Positions 9,532 through 18,993 of a stretch of 64,000 nt of DNA are shown in pieces (within the stretch, counting starts at the first letter, position 1; each line of letters starts with the position of its first letter). The notes under the pieces are model-generated. The model was not told the origin of the DNA and searched no databases. It saw nothing but the letters and a program-made list of their open reading frames with translations. Location: positions 3,433-67,432 of the forward strand of contig PXRE01000005.1 of assembly GCA_003021085.1 (NCBI GenBank), written 5' to 3'. The translations under genes were made by a program, and so were the position numbers. The DNA is from Halobacteriales archaeon QS_1_68_20 (lineage in GTDB: Archaea > Halobacteriota > Halobacteria > Halobacteriales > PXRE01).

Positions 9532-10441
9532 CGCCGAACCCCGCCTCGGCGTCAGCCGGCGTCTCGATGGCGACCGCCTCCAGGTCCGAGTCGATCCTGG
9601 AGACGAGGTCGGCCAGCACGCCCGCAGGCGGCATCTCGACGACGCGTTCGACGCCCATCTCCCCGAGTCGCTCGACGGCCGCGACCCACTGGATCGGCGA
9701 GACGAGTTGCTCTGGCAGGTCCCGCTGGGGCACCTCGGCGCGCTCGTACGGTTCCGCGCGGGTGTCCGAGACCACCGGCACCGAGGGATCCGAGAACTCG
9801 AACCGCTCGACGATGTCCGCCAGCCGGTCGGCCGCCGGTTCCATGACCGGCGAGTGCGAGGCCGTCGCCACGTCGAGTTCGCTCAGGACGACCCGGCCGC
9901 CCGCCTCCTCGATCCGGTCGCAGACGGCGTCGACGGCGTCCTCGCGGCCGCTGACCAGCGTCTGCCGCGGGCCGTTGTACGCGCCCACGCTGACGCCGTC
10001 GACCTCGCTCGCCGCGTCCTCGACCGTCTCGGGATCCGCCAGCGACACCGCGACCATCTTCCCGGGCCCTGCAGTCTCCTCGGCGTCGGCCATGGCCTGG
10101 CCTCGCTCGGCGGCGAACTGTGCCGCGTCCGGGCGCGAGAGCACGTCGGCGACGCCCATGGCGGTGATCTGTCCGAGGCTGTGGCCGGTCACGACGTCCG
10201 GCGTGGCGCCGTACCGCTTCTGGACGGCGTCGGTCGCCACGATGCCTGTCGTCAGCACCGCCTGGAGCATGTTCGGCACCTCCAGCAACGTGTCCGTGTC
10301 GGCGTCGAGCAACAGCGACTCCAGGTCGTCGTCCTCGAAGCGGTCCAGGGCCGCCTCGACCTCCGGCCAGGCGTCGAGGAACGGCGCGAGCATTCCCGGT
10401 TGCTGGGTGCCGCCGCCCGGATAGACGAACGCCGTCTTCAC
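9524..10441 (-). CDS. fabD: malonyl-CoA:ACP transacylase-like acyltransferase
   Basis: GHSLGQITA nucleophile elbow, GPRQTLVSG, ASHSPVMEPA; 305 aa. Confidence 0.8.
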   Translation of the reverse strand: MKTAFVYPGGGTQQPGMLAPFLDAWPEVEAALDRFEDDDLESLLLDADTDTLLEVPNMLQAVLTTGIVATDAVQKRYGATPDVVTGHSLGQITAMGVADVLSRPDAAQFAAERGQAMADAEETAGPGKMVAVSLADPETVEDAASEVDGVSVGAYNGPRQTLVSGREDAVDAVCDRIEEAGGRVVLSELDVATASHSPVMEPAADRLADIVERFEFSDPSVPVVSDTRAEPYERAEVPQRDLPEQLVSPIQWVAAVERLGEMGVERVVEMPPAGVLADLVSRIDSDLEAVAIETPADAEAGFGDD

Positions 10442-10986
10442 GCCCGCTCACCTCCGTCGACCGCGACGACCTGCGCGACGGCGACGTCGGCCTCGCCGTC
10501 GTGGCTCAGGCTGACGTCCAGTTCCGGGACCGTCCCGCCGAACGACTCGGCCAGCGCCTCGCGCGCTGTCGCCCCGAGGTCGAAGCGGGGCCGGGGGTCG
10601 CCCCGGGCGACCTCGATGCTGGCGAACGGCACGGCGTCGTCGGTCGACAGCAGTTTGTAGAACGCCTCCTTCGCGGCCCACCGCGCGGCGTAGTGCTGGG
10701 CGGGGTCGCGGGTGCCCTCGCAGTAGGCACGCTCTGCCTCGGTGAACGCCCGCTCCTTGATCCCGGCGGCGACCGACTCGTCGAACCCCCGGAACGTGGC
10801 GACCGACTGCACGTCGACGCCGGTCCTGACCCGGGGGTCGGCGTCCCCGCCGACGTCCCTGGCGATTCGCTCGCGGACCCCGGCGGTCCGCTCGCGGTCG
10901 TCCGGCCGGTAGGCGTGCCCGTCGCCGGTTCGGCGGGCACCCTGGCTCCGCGCTGACTGACCGTCCTCGATTGGCTCCGACACCAT
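10438..10986 (-). CDS. acpS: 4'-phosphopantetheinyl transferase (AcpS-type holo-ACP synthase) with an N-terminal extension of about 60 aa
   Basis: GVDVQSV, FTEAERAYC, ARWAAKEAFYKLL, VSLSHDGEADVAVAQVV match the AcpS pattern. 4-nt overlap with the fabD-like gene. Confidence 0.7.
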   Translation of the reverse strand: MVSEPIEDGQSARSQGARRTGDGHAYRPDDRERTAGVRERIARDVGGDADPRVRTGVDVQSVATFRGFDESVAAGIKERAFTEAERAYCEGTRDPAQHYAARWAAKEAFYKLLSTDDAVPFASIEVARGDPRPRFDLGATAREALAESFGGTVPELDVSLSHDGEADVAVAQVVAVDGGERA

Positions 10987-10992
10987 GGTTCG

Positions 10993-12210
10993 TTACGTCG
11001 ACTCGAAGACGAGCGCCCCGTTGGTCCCGCCGAAACCGAAGGAGTTGCTCAGCGCGACGTCGACGTCGGCGTCGCGGGCTTCGGTCACGACCGGCACCGG
11101 GCAGTCGTCGTCCCTGTTCTCGCAGTTCTTCGTCGGGGGCATGACCCCCTCGTCGACGGCGTTGACGGTGAACGCCGCCTCGATGGCCCCGCTGGCTCCG
11201 TACGGGTGGCCGACGAGTGACTTCGTGCTGGTCACCGGCGGGCAGTCGTCGAACACCGCGTTCAGCCCCGTCGACTCGTGGACGTCGCCCGTCGGCGTCC
11301 CGGTCGCGTGGGCGTTCACGTGGTCCACGTCGGCGGGGTCGACGTCCGCGTCCGCCAGCGCGGCCTCGACCGCCTTCCGCATCCCGGCGGCGTCGTCCGG
11401 GGGCTTCGTCGGGTGGGAGGCGTCGGCGCTCAGGCCGGCCCCGCCCAGCGTCGCCAGGGGGGTCGCGCCTCGTTGCTCGGCGTGCTCGCGGGATTCGAGC
11501 ACGAGGACCGCCGCGCCCTCGCCGACGACCGTGCCGTCGCGGTCCTCGTCGAAGGGCCGGCAGGCCGCCTCGGGCTCGTCGTCGCGGGTGCTCAGCCCCC
11601 GCAGTGCGCCGAAGGTGCCGAGGATGGTCGGCGTGAACGTCTCGGCACCGCCTGCCAGCATGACGTCGGCCCGTCCCGTCCTGATGTCGCTGGCGGCGTC
11701 GCTGATGGCGTGCGCGCCGGCCGCACAGGCCGTCGTCGGCGTGCGGTTCGGCCCGTGGGCGTCGAACTCGATGCTGACGTGGCCTGCCGCCAGGTTCGGC
11801 AGGTACCGGATGATCGCGCGGGGGGAGACGCGGTCACCGGCGGCGACCTGCTCGGCGTACTCCTCGAACTCCAGGGCGCCACCCATCGCCGTCCCGATGC
11901 TGGTGCCGACCGTGGTCGACCCGCGGTCGTCGCCGGACCGGTCGAGGTCGGCGTCCGTCAGCGCCTCCTCGGCCGCGCGGACGGCGAACTGCGTGAACCG
12001 ACCCATCCGGCGGGAGTCGGCCAGCTCCCACTCGTCGGGGTCGGCGTCCACCTCGAACGCGACGTTCGGGATCTTGGGGTACTCCGAAGCGTCGAAGAGA
12101 GTAATCGGTCCGGCGCCGCTGTCGCCACGTTTCACCGCCGACCAGGTCTCGTCGAAGTCCTCGCCGGCCGCGGTGACGGCTCCCAGGCCCGTGACTACGA
12201 CGTCGGTCAT
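10993..12210 (-). CDS. fabF: beta-ketoacyl-[ACP] synthase II-like (Cys-His-His elongating KS)
   Basis: TTACAAG (active Cys), HATGTPTGD, KSLVGHPYGASG, NSFGFGGTNGALVF. Confidence 0.9.
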   Translation of the reverse strand: MTDVVVTGLGAVTAAGEDFDETWSAVKRGDSGAGPITLFDASEYPKIPNVAFEVDADPDEWELADSRRMGRFTQFAVRAAEEALTDADLDRSGDDRGSTTVGTSIGTAMGGALEFEEYAEQVAAGDRVSPRAIIRYLPNLAAGHVSIEFDAHGPNRTPTTACAAGAHAISDAASDIRTGRADVMLAGGAETFTPTILGTFGALRGLSTRDDEPEAACRPFDEDRDGTVVGEGAAVLVLESREHAEQRGATPLATLGGAGLSADASHPTKPPDDAAGMRKAVEAALADADVDPADVDHVNAHATGTPTGDVHESTGLNAVFDDCPPVTSTKSLVGHPYGASGAIEAAFTVNAVDEGVMPPTKNCENRDDDCPVPVVTEARDADVDVALSNSFGFGGTNGALVFEST

Positions 12211-12455
12211 GCCCGCAGCTTCTGCTGGACGAGCTCCTTGAGATCCCCGACCGTCTCGAGTTCTTCCAGTTTCTCGTCGGGAATGGAGATGTCGTGCTCC
12301 ATCTCGATGATCTCGACCACCTCGATCACCGCGATGGAGTCAAGATCCAGGCCCTCGGATCCGAGCGGCGTGTCGTCCTCGTACTCGCCTGCCTCGATCC
12401 CGGTCGCCGTGGCGATGACCTCTTCCACGGACGTGTCAGCCTCCGTTTGTGACAT
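12207..12455 (-). CDS. acyl carrier protein
   Basis: Contains LDLDSIAVIEVV (the DSx phosphopantetheine-attachment motif); acidic, about 82 aa from the ATG at 12455 (track ORF extends to 12479). 4-nt overlap with the KS gene. Confidence 0.8.
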   Translation of the reverse strand: MSQTEADTSVEEVIATATGIEAGEYEDDTPLGSEGLDLDSIAVIEVVEIIEMEHDISIPDEKLEELETVGDLKELVQQKLRA

Positions 12456-12785
12456 GGCTAACAGGAGGGGACTCTCCATTGCTACTTAATATTTGCGTCT
12501 AACGCCCGGTGAACACAATTAGGTCGTGGAAAACGAACGTTCTTAGTTCCTAGATTTTAAGCAACGGTTCCGGTTATATACGTTCGATTACCTAACGGTA
12601 ACCACCCCCGACGGACCCCCGGCCGAGGACGACGGTCACCCGCCGGCCCCGGTCGTCGGACGAAACGGCGGGACGGCGACGGGAAATCATGCTGATCTAC
12701 CTGCTCGGGCGCCCGGACCGTCGAGGTGACCACCGACTGCCGGTACGCCGAGCTGTGCGCTCTCGCCGGCGAATATTCTAGATGA

Positions 12786-13175
12786 TTAGTGCTCAACGAA
12801 CTCGATCAGGATGCCGCCCGTCGAGCGTGGGTGGAGGAAGGCGACGTCGTGGCCCCAGGCGCCCGGGCGGGGTTCCTCGTCCACCAGGCGGACGCCCGCC
12901 TCGCGCGCGGTGTCCAGGGCCGCCTCGATGTCGTCGGTCTCCAGCGCGAGGTGGTGGATGCCGGGGCCGTTCCGTTCGAGGTACCGCGGGATGGATCCGC
13001 CGGCGTCCTCGGTCGGTTCCAGCAGTTCGAAGTAGCCGTTGCCGAACTCGAGGAAGGTGATTCGCAGGTCGTCGAACACTTCCTCGTGGGCGACCGGGGC
13101 GTCGAACAGGTCGCTGTAGCGGTCGGCGAGTTCCGCGGCGTCGTCGGTGGCGATTCCAGCGTGATCGAAGCGCAT
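12786..13175 (-). CDS. methylmalonyl-CoA epimerase / VOC (glyoxalase) family protein
   Basis: 129 aa: MRFDHAGIATDD...GIHHLALETDDIEAAL...HPRSTGGILIEFVE. Confidence 0.8.
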   Translation of the reverse strand: MRFDHAGIATDDAAELADRYSDLFDAPVAHEEVFDDLRITFLEFGNGYFELLEPTEDAGGSIPRYLERNGPGIHHLALETDDIEAALDTAREAGVRLVDEEPRPGAWGHDVAFLHPRSTGGILIEFVEH

Positions 13176-13336
13176 ACCAACCCGTACGTTCGCTCACAAG
13201 AAAAACGTTGGAGGCTCGACGGGACGACCGAATTTTCCCCGGCGACAACGTTTTTGTACTGATAGGTCGGTGCAGAAAACGTGGCAGTTACGCGCGACCG
13301 AACGGAGGTCGCCGCTGGACGACGGTGAGCAACACG

Positions 13337-14113
13337 ATGTACGACTTCGAGGGCGAGACGGTGCTGGTCACGGGCGGAACGAGAGGTATCGGCAAGGAGG
13401 CCGGTCGCCTGTTCCTCGAACACGGCGCGACGGTCGTCCTGAACTACCACGACGACGACGAGGCCGCCGAGCAGGCCCGTTCGGACCTGTCCTCGACCGG
13501 TCCCGGCGAGGTTCACCTCGGCAAGTTCGATGTCGCCGACGAGGTGGCCGTCGACGAGGCCGTGGAAGCCATCTGGGAGGAGTACGGCCCTATCCGGCAT
13601 CTCGTGAACAACGCGGGCGTGCTGGCCAACGTCGGCCCCCTCGTGGGCATGGAAAGGGACGACTGGGACAGCGTCGTCGACGTGAACCTCGGCGGCGCGT
13701 TCAACGTCGTCCGCGCCGTCGGCAAGCGGATGGTGCTGGCGGGCATCGACGGGAGCATCGTCAACGTCTCCAGCATCACCGCCAGGCGCGGATTCCCCGG
13801 CGAGATCCACTACGGTGCCAGCAAGGGCGGCCTGGTTTCGATGACCCGCGCGCTCGCCCGCGAACTCGGTCGCCGGAACATCCGCGTCAACGTCGTCCTC
13901 CCCGGGTACACGAAGACGTCGATGGCCGACACCGGCCACTTCCCCGGGGCGGACTTCGAGGACTTCCGCGAGAAGGAACTCTCCCGGGTTCCCCTGGAGC
14001 GGCGGATGGCCGACCCCGAAGAGGTGGCGGAGGTCATCGTCTTCGTCGCCAGCGACCGCGCGAGCTACATGACCGGGTCCGAGATCCGGGTCGACGGCGG
14101 ACGACTCGCTTGA
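13337..14113 (+). CDS. SDR family oxidoreductase (FabG-like)
   Basis: ATG at 13337 (MYDFEGETVLVTGGTRGIG); NNAG, YGASKGG motifs. Confidence 0.85.
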   Translation: MYDFEGETVLVTGGTRGIGKEAGRLFLEHGATVVLNYHDDDEAAEQARSDLSSTGPGEVHLGKFDVADEVAVDEAVEAIWEEYGPIRHLVNNAGVLANVGPLVGMERDDWDSVVDVNLGGAFNVVRAVGKRMVLAGIDGSIVNVSSITARRGFPGEIHYGASKGGLVSMTRALARELGRRNIRVNVVLPGYTKTSMADTGHFPGADFEDFREKELSRVPLERRMADPEEVAEVIVFVASDRASYMTGSEIRVDGGRLA

Positions 14114-14151
14114 TCGGTCGTGGGTCGAGTAGCAGATTGACCTGGGCTCCC

Positions 14152-14361
14152 GGCGCGCGCGAGCAACGTGCGCGAGGGACGAGTTGAGCGTCCGGGTGCG
14201 CGTGCCGAGCACCGCGAGGCCGCGAACCCCGGCCGAACGAGGAGGCTGGGGAGGGTGTGGCCATCCCCAACCGATTGCGCTCCTCACTTCGTTCCGGTGC
14301 TCATCCCTCGCGCAGTGTTTGTTCGCGGTCGCCGAGGGCGACACGCTCACCAGCGCGCGCC
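14152..14361. repeat. GC-rich MITE-like intergenic repeat, family A, internally collapsed copy
   Basis: Same termini (ggcgcgcgc ... gcgcgcgcc) as 6312..6623. Shares gtgccgagcaccgcgaggccgcgaacc and ggctggggagggtgtggccatcc-ccaaccgattgcg. The two halves are mutually inverted. Confidence 0.7.
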
Positions 14362-14458
14362 GGGGCGGTTGGACGTGCTGGCCGTATCACTGGCCGGTAT
14401 CCGGACCTGGCACGTTCACGTCCCGTAGCGATTTGGTCGCGGCGTGCGATGAGTAGGT

Positions 14459-15190
14459 ATGCCACGGACAGCGGTGATCGCCGGGGTCGGCCCCGGCCTG
14501 GGCGAGTCGATAGCGCGCAAGTTCGCGGACGAGGGGTGCTCGGTCGGCCTGTTCGCGCGCTCGGAAGACTACCTCGACGAACTCGCCGCGGACCTGCCGG
14601 GCGAGGCCCTGGCGGTTCCGACCGACCTCACCGACCCCGACGCGATCAGGGCGGGGTTCGACGCGGTGCGCGAGGATCTCGGCCCCGTGGACGTGCTGGT
14701 CAACCACGCCAGCGCAGGGTCCTGGAAGGGCCTGCTGGACGCCAGCGTCGAGGAGTTCGAGCGCGCGTTCCACGTCAACGGCCGGGGCGCGTTCGTCTGC
14801 TCGCAGGAAGCCGTCTCCGACATGCTCGGCCAGGAGGGACGCGGGGCAGAAGCCGACCAGGACGACGAAGCCGGCGGGACGATTATCTTCACTGGCGCGA
14901 CGTCGGCGGTCCGCGGGCGGGAAGGCGCTATCGGCTTCTCCGCCGCCAAGTTCGCCGCCCGGGGGATGGCCGAGTCCATGGCCCGGGAGTTCGGCCCCGA
15001 GGGCGTCCACGTCGCCCACGTCGTCGTCGACGGCCAGATCCGCACGCCGCAGGCCCGCGAGTCCGACCGCCCCGCACACGAGTTCTTCGACCCCGACGAG
15101 ATCGCGGAGACCTACTGGCACCTCGTGGAACAGGACCGCTCGGCGTGGACGCTGGAACTGGACCTCCGGCCCCACGTCGAGGAGTTCTGA
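14459..15190 (+). CDS. SDR family oxidoreductase
   Basis: AGVGPGLGESIA glycine-rich loop, FSAAKFAARG (YxxxK-like region); 243 aa. Confidence 0.75.
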   Translation: MPRTAVIAGVGPGLGESIARKFADEGCSVGLFARSEDYLDELAADLPGEALAVPTDLTDPDAIRAGFDAVREDLGPVDVLVNHASAGSWKGLLDASVEEFERAFHVNGRGAFVCSQEAVSDMLGQEGRGAEADQDDEAGGTIIFTGATSAVRGREGAIGFSAAKFAARGMAESMAREFGPEGVHVAHVVVDGQIRTPQARESDRPAHEFFDPDEIAETYWHLVEQDRSAWTLELDLRPHVEEF

Positions 15191-15299
15191 GCGGCCGGAC
15201 CCCCGGTACCATCGCCCGACGGCGGCCGGTCACCCCAGGGTTTTAAAAAGGCAGGCGGACAGACAGTTAACGAGTACGGCTGGTCGGTGGAGTAATACG

Positions 15300-16328
15300 A
15301 TGTCTGGATACGATTCCTCATCCGCGGACGGGGGACGGACGGCCGAGGAGGCGTTCCTCTTGATCGCGCCGGTCCCGTCGCTGATGCTGTACGAGGACGG
15401 GCGGGTCAGCGCCTGGAACGAGGCCGCCGAGGACCTGTTCGGCTGGAGCGAACCGGAAGTGCTCGGGCGCATTCCGCCGTTCGTGCAGGCGTCCGAGCGC
15501 GGGCGCTGGCGCGAGCACATGGAGCGCGCCCTGGACGGCGAGCGCGTCCAGGGCGCGGAGTTCTCCCTGCGGACCATCCGGGGCGGCAAGATCCGGGCGA
15601 CTGTCTCGATGGCCGCCTTCTCGGGCGACGTTGGATCGGTGCTGGTGGTCATCCAGGACCGGACGCGGCTGGTCGAACTGACCCACGAGGTCCGGCTGTT
15701 CAACCGCGTCCTGCGGCACAACCTCCGCAACGACCTCAACCTCGTCACCGGCTACGCCGAGATGCTGGCGGGGGAACTGGACGACGACCGCCTGCGCTCG
15801 ATGGCCATCGAGATCAGGGAGAACGCCGACGAGGTGCTGGCCATCGGCGACACCGCCCGCGAACTGGACGCCGTCGTCGGCGGCATCCAGGACCTCAAGG
15901 TCGTCCAGCTAGACGAGATCGTCCGGACGCTGGTGGCTGACTACCGGTCCGTGGCGACCGTCGACTGTGATCTGTCGCCGGTGCGCGCCCGGGCCATCCC
16001 GGGCGTGGACATGGCCATCGACCACCTGCTGGAGAACGCCCTCCAGCACAACGACGCCGACGACCCCCACGTCGAGGTCACCGTCCGGACGACCGTCGAG
16101 GACGACGAGCGCTGGGCGGAGGTGGTCGTCGCGGACAACGGCCCCGGCATCCCCGAGGCCGAACGCGAGGTGCTGACCGAGGGCGCGGAGACGGCCCTCC
16201 ACCACGGGAGCGGCCTCGGCCTGTGGCTGGTGTATTGGATCGTCCAGAAGACGAACGGCGAACTGGCGTACGAACCGAACGACCCAAAGGGGAGCGTCGT
16301 CACGCTCCGACTGCTCGCGGACCGATGA
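15300..16328 (+). CDS. PAS domain sensor histidine kinase
   Basis: N-terminal PAS-like region, H-box VLRHNLRNDLN, HATPase_c motifs ENALQHN, DNGPGIP, GSGLGLWLV. Confidence 0.85.
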   Translation: MSGYDSSSADGGRTAEEAFLLIAPVPSLMLYEDGRVSAWNEAAEDLFGWSEPEVLGRIPPFVQASERGRWREHMERALDGERVQGAEFSLRTIRGGKIRATVSMAAFSGDVGSVLVVIQDRTRLVELTHEVRLFNRVLRHNLRNDLNLVTGYAEMLAGELDDDRLRSMAIEIRENADEVLAIGDTARELDAVVGGIQDLKVVQLDEIVRTLVADYRSVATVDCDLSPVRARAIPGVDMAIDHLLENALQHNDADDPHVEVTVRTTVEDDERWAEVVVADNGPGIPEAEREVLTEGAETALHHGSGLGLWLVYWIVQKTNGELAYEPNDPKGSVVTLRLLADR

Positions 16329-16374
16329 TCGGCCGGAAACGTAATGACCGAGCAGGTCGTGTTTTAGTATTGTC

Positions 16375-18987
16375 ATGACGGCGGAGGGTGACCTCGGCCC
16401 GTTCGACCGGGTCGGCGACCGACTCGCCGACGCGTCACTGGAGGATCCGGGGACCTACTGGCGGACGGGGTTCACGCTCGCCGCCGTCGACGCCGGGTAC
16501 GCCTTCGAGCGGACGGCCGACGTCACGTCCGTCCTCGCTGAACTCCGGGAGGGCGACGTGGCGGTCGTCGGCGCCCCCGGCGTCGGCAAGAGCACCGCCT
16601 GCAAGCAGGTCGCCTGCCGGTGGCGCGAGGACGACGGCCCGGTCTACTACGCCGAGGCCCCCGACGCGGACGCCGACCTCTCCCGACTGGTCGACCGCAT
16701 CCACGACGCCGAGGGCCACGCGCTCGTCGTCCTCGAAACCGCCGTCGGGGACGACGGGACGCTGGCGTCGGCGCTGCTGGACCGCTCGTCTGCCCGCGAG
16801 GACGTGAGCGTCCTCCTGGAGGTCCACCGCCCGGCGGTCGACGAACCGGGCGGCGACGAGGCCACCGTGGCACGGGAACTGCTCGCCGCGACGTCGACCC
16901 ACGAACTGCCGGCGCTGGACCGCGAGGCGTTCGAGGCCGCCGTCGAGCACTTCGAGACGGTCACCGGGGACGCGGTCGTCCAGCCGGCGGGAACCATCTT
17001 CGACGACATCCGCCAGCGCGGCGTCGAGGGGAACGAACTCCTGCACCTGGCCCACCGGGTGAGCGCCGACGGCGAGAGCAGTTTCCACCGGGCCGTCCAG
17101 CACGAGTACGAACGGTGTGCGGCCGCACCGGATCCGGTGGGCGACATCGCGTTGCTGGTCAACCTCCTCAACGCGGCGGACCTCCCGCTGTACTCGGAGT
17201 TGCTGTTCGCCGTGGACGCACCCAACGAGGCCGTCGACGAGGCCATCGACCGACTCCTGGACGACGTCCTCTTCCGGCAGGTGGGCCGGCCCGCCTTCGC
17301 CTCCTACCACCGCCTGTGGTCGGCGCTGTACCTCGAACAGTTCCTCGAACGCGCCGAGGACCCCCACGAGCGGTTCGCGGAGGCCGTCGGCGCCATCCTG
17401 CGGGCGATGGATCCCGACGAGCGCGACCGGTTGTGGTCGTGGGTGCTCGAACACGCGACCCACGGACCGGCCGACGAATCGCCGGCAGACGACGGCGACG
17501 GCGACGACATCCTCACGTCCGACGCCCGGACGAAGACGACGGCCGTGGGGACGACCGCCCGCGTCGTCGAGCAACTGTTCGCCGTCGGGACCCGGTGGCC
17601 GGACCTGGCGCCGCTGTTCGGGACCAGCGAACGCGACGCGCTCCCGCTGGCAGAGCACTGCTCGACGGTCACCCGGACCCGGGCCGTCTCGACCCACGGG
17701 CGGATGTACTTCGACCGCGGCGACTTCGAGGCGGCCCTCCAGGAGTTCGAGCACGCCCAGCAGTTGCTGGAGGCTGCCACCGACGTCTCCCCGCGACTGG
17801 CCGACCGGTTCCGGATCGACTACTTCGTCGACCGCGGGCGGGTCGCCGTCCGGCGGGGCAAGTTCGACCGCGCGGACTCGTGCTACCGGGCGGCTCACGA
17901 GATGGCGACCGACCTCGGGGACCGCCGGGGCCGCGCCCGGGCGCACATGCACCTCGGGGTCACGGCCGTCAAGTCCGGTGACCTGTCGGCGGCGGTGGCC
18001 CACCTCACCGCCGGCGAGCGCCTGTTCCGGGACTGCGACGACGCCTTCGGCGTGGCGAAGTCGCTCGGCCGACTCGGGGTCGCCCGCCTGCACCGGGGCG
18101 AACTCGACGCGGCGACGGACGCCCTCGAACGGGCCATCGAGCAGTTCCAGCGACTCGGCGACCGGATGAACGTCGCCCGCTACCGGAACAACCTCGGCAT
18201 CGTGGCGATGTCCAGGGGCGACTACGAGACGGCGGCCGCCCACTACCGCCAGAGCCTCCGGATGAACCGCGAGAGCGGCAACCGCGCCGGCGTCGCCAAG
18301 AACAACCTCAACCTCGGGAACCTCTCGATGAAGCGCGACGACGACGAGGCGGCGAGGCGACACTTCCAGGAGGCCCTGTCGGTCGCCCGGTCGCTCGGCG
18401 ACCGCGACACCGAGTCGACCGCGCGCAACAACCTCGGCGTGCTGGCGGCCGACCGCGGGGACCTGGACGCCGCAGTCAGTTACTTCCGCCAGAGCCTGGA
18501 CATCTGCCGCACCACGGGCAACCGCCGGGGCGAGGCCCGCGCGCTGAACAACCTCGGCGACGTCGCCCGCGAGCGCGGCGACCTCGACGAGGCCGAATCC
18601 TACCACCGCGAGAGCCTCGAGATCCGCCGGGAGACCGGCGAGGCCGAGGGGCGGGCGAACTGCCACCGGATGCTCGGCCGCTGTGCGCTCGCCCGTGAGG
18701 ACCTGGACGCGGCCGAAGACCAGTTGCGGACCGCCCTCGACCGGTACGCCGAACTCGGCGACGACGTCGAGCGTGCCCAGACGCTCCGCCTGCTCGCCCG
18801 GGTCGCCCGCGAGCGCGGCGACGTCGACGCGGCGCTGGACCGCCTGGTCGAGAGCGTCGAACTGTTCGGTCGCACGGCCTCGGACCGCCGCGAGGAGACC
18901 GTCGAGGAACTGGAGGCGCTGGCCGCCGAGCACGACCGCGAGGTGCCGGTGGGTCCGCTTGCTGACGCGGGCGAGTCGCCGTCCTGA
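16375..18987 (+). CDS. STAND-like P-loop NTPase with a C-terminal array of about 9 tetratricopeptide repeats
   Basis: Walker A GAPGVGKST at about aa 67, hydrophobic-acidic Walker B-like ALVVLE. The C-terminal 400 aa consist of 40-aa repeats of type ARxxNNLGxVAxxRGDLDEAxxYxxxSLxI. Confidence 0.8.
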   Translation: MTAEGDLGPFDRVGDRLADASLEDPGTYWRTGFTLAAVDAGYAFERTADVTSVLAELREGDVAVVGAPGVGKSTACKQVACRWREDDGPVYYAEAPDADADLSRLVDRIHDAEGHALVVLETAVGDDGTLASALLDRSSAREDVSVLLEVHRPAVDEPGGDEATVARELLAATSTHELPALDREAFEAAVEHFETVTGDAVVQPAGTIFDDIRQRGVEGNELLHLAHRVSADGESSFHRAVQHEYERCAAAPDPVGDIALLVNLLNAADLPLYSELLFAVDAPNEAVDEAIDRLLDDVLFRQVGRPAFASYHRLWSALYLEQFLERAEDPHERFAEAVGAILRAMDPDERDRLWSWVLEHATHGPADESPADDGDGDDILTSDARTKTTAVGTTARVVEQLFAVGTRWPDLAPLFGTSERDALPLAEHCSTVTRTRAVSTHGRMYFDRGDFEAALQEFEHAQQLLEAATDVSPRLADRFRIDYFVDRGRVAVRRGKFDRADSCYRAAHEMATDLGDRRGRARAHMHLGVTAVKSGDLSAAVAHLTAGERLFRDCDDAFGVAKSLGRLGVARLHRGELDAATDALERAIEQFQRLGDRMNVARYRNNLGIVAMSRGDYETAAAHYRQSLRMNRESGNRAGVAKNNLNLGNLSMKRDDDEAARRHFQEALSVARSLGDRDTESTARNNLGVLAADRGDLDAAVSYFRQSLDICRTTGNRRGEARALNNLGDVARERGDLDEAESYHRESLEIRRETGEAEGRANCHRMLGRCALAREDLDAAEDQLRTALDRYAELGDDVERAQTLRLLARVARERGDVDAALDRLVESVELFGRTASDRREETVEELEALAAEHDREVPVGPLADAGESPS

Positions 18988-18993
18988 ACCGGC

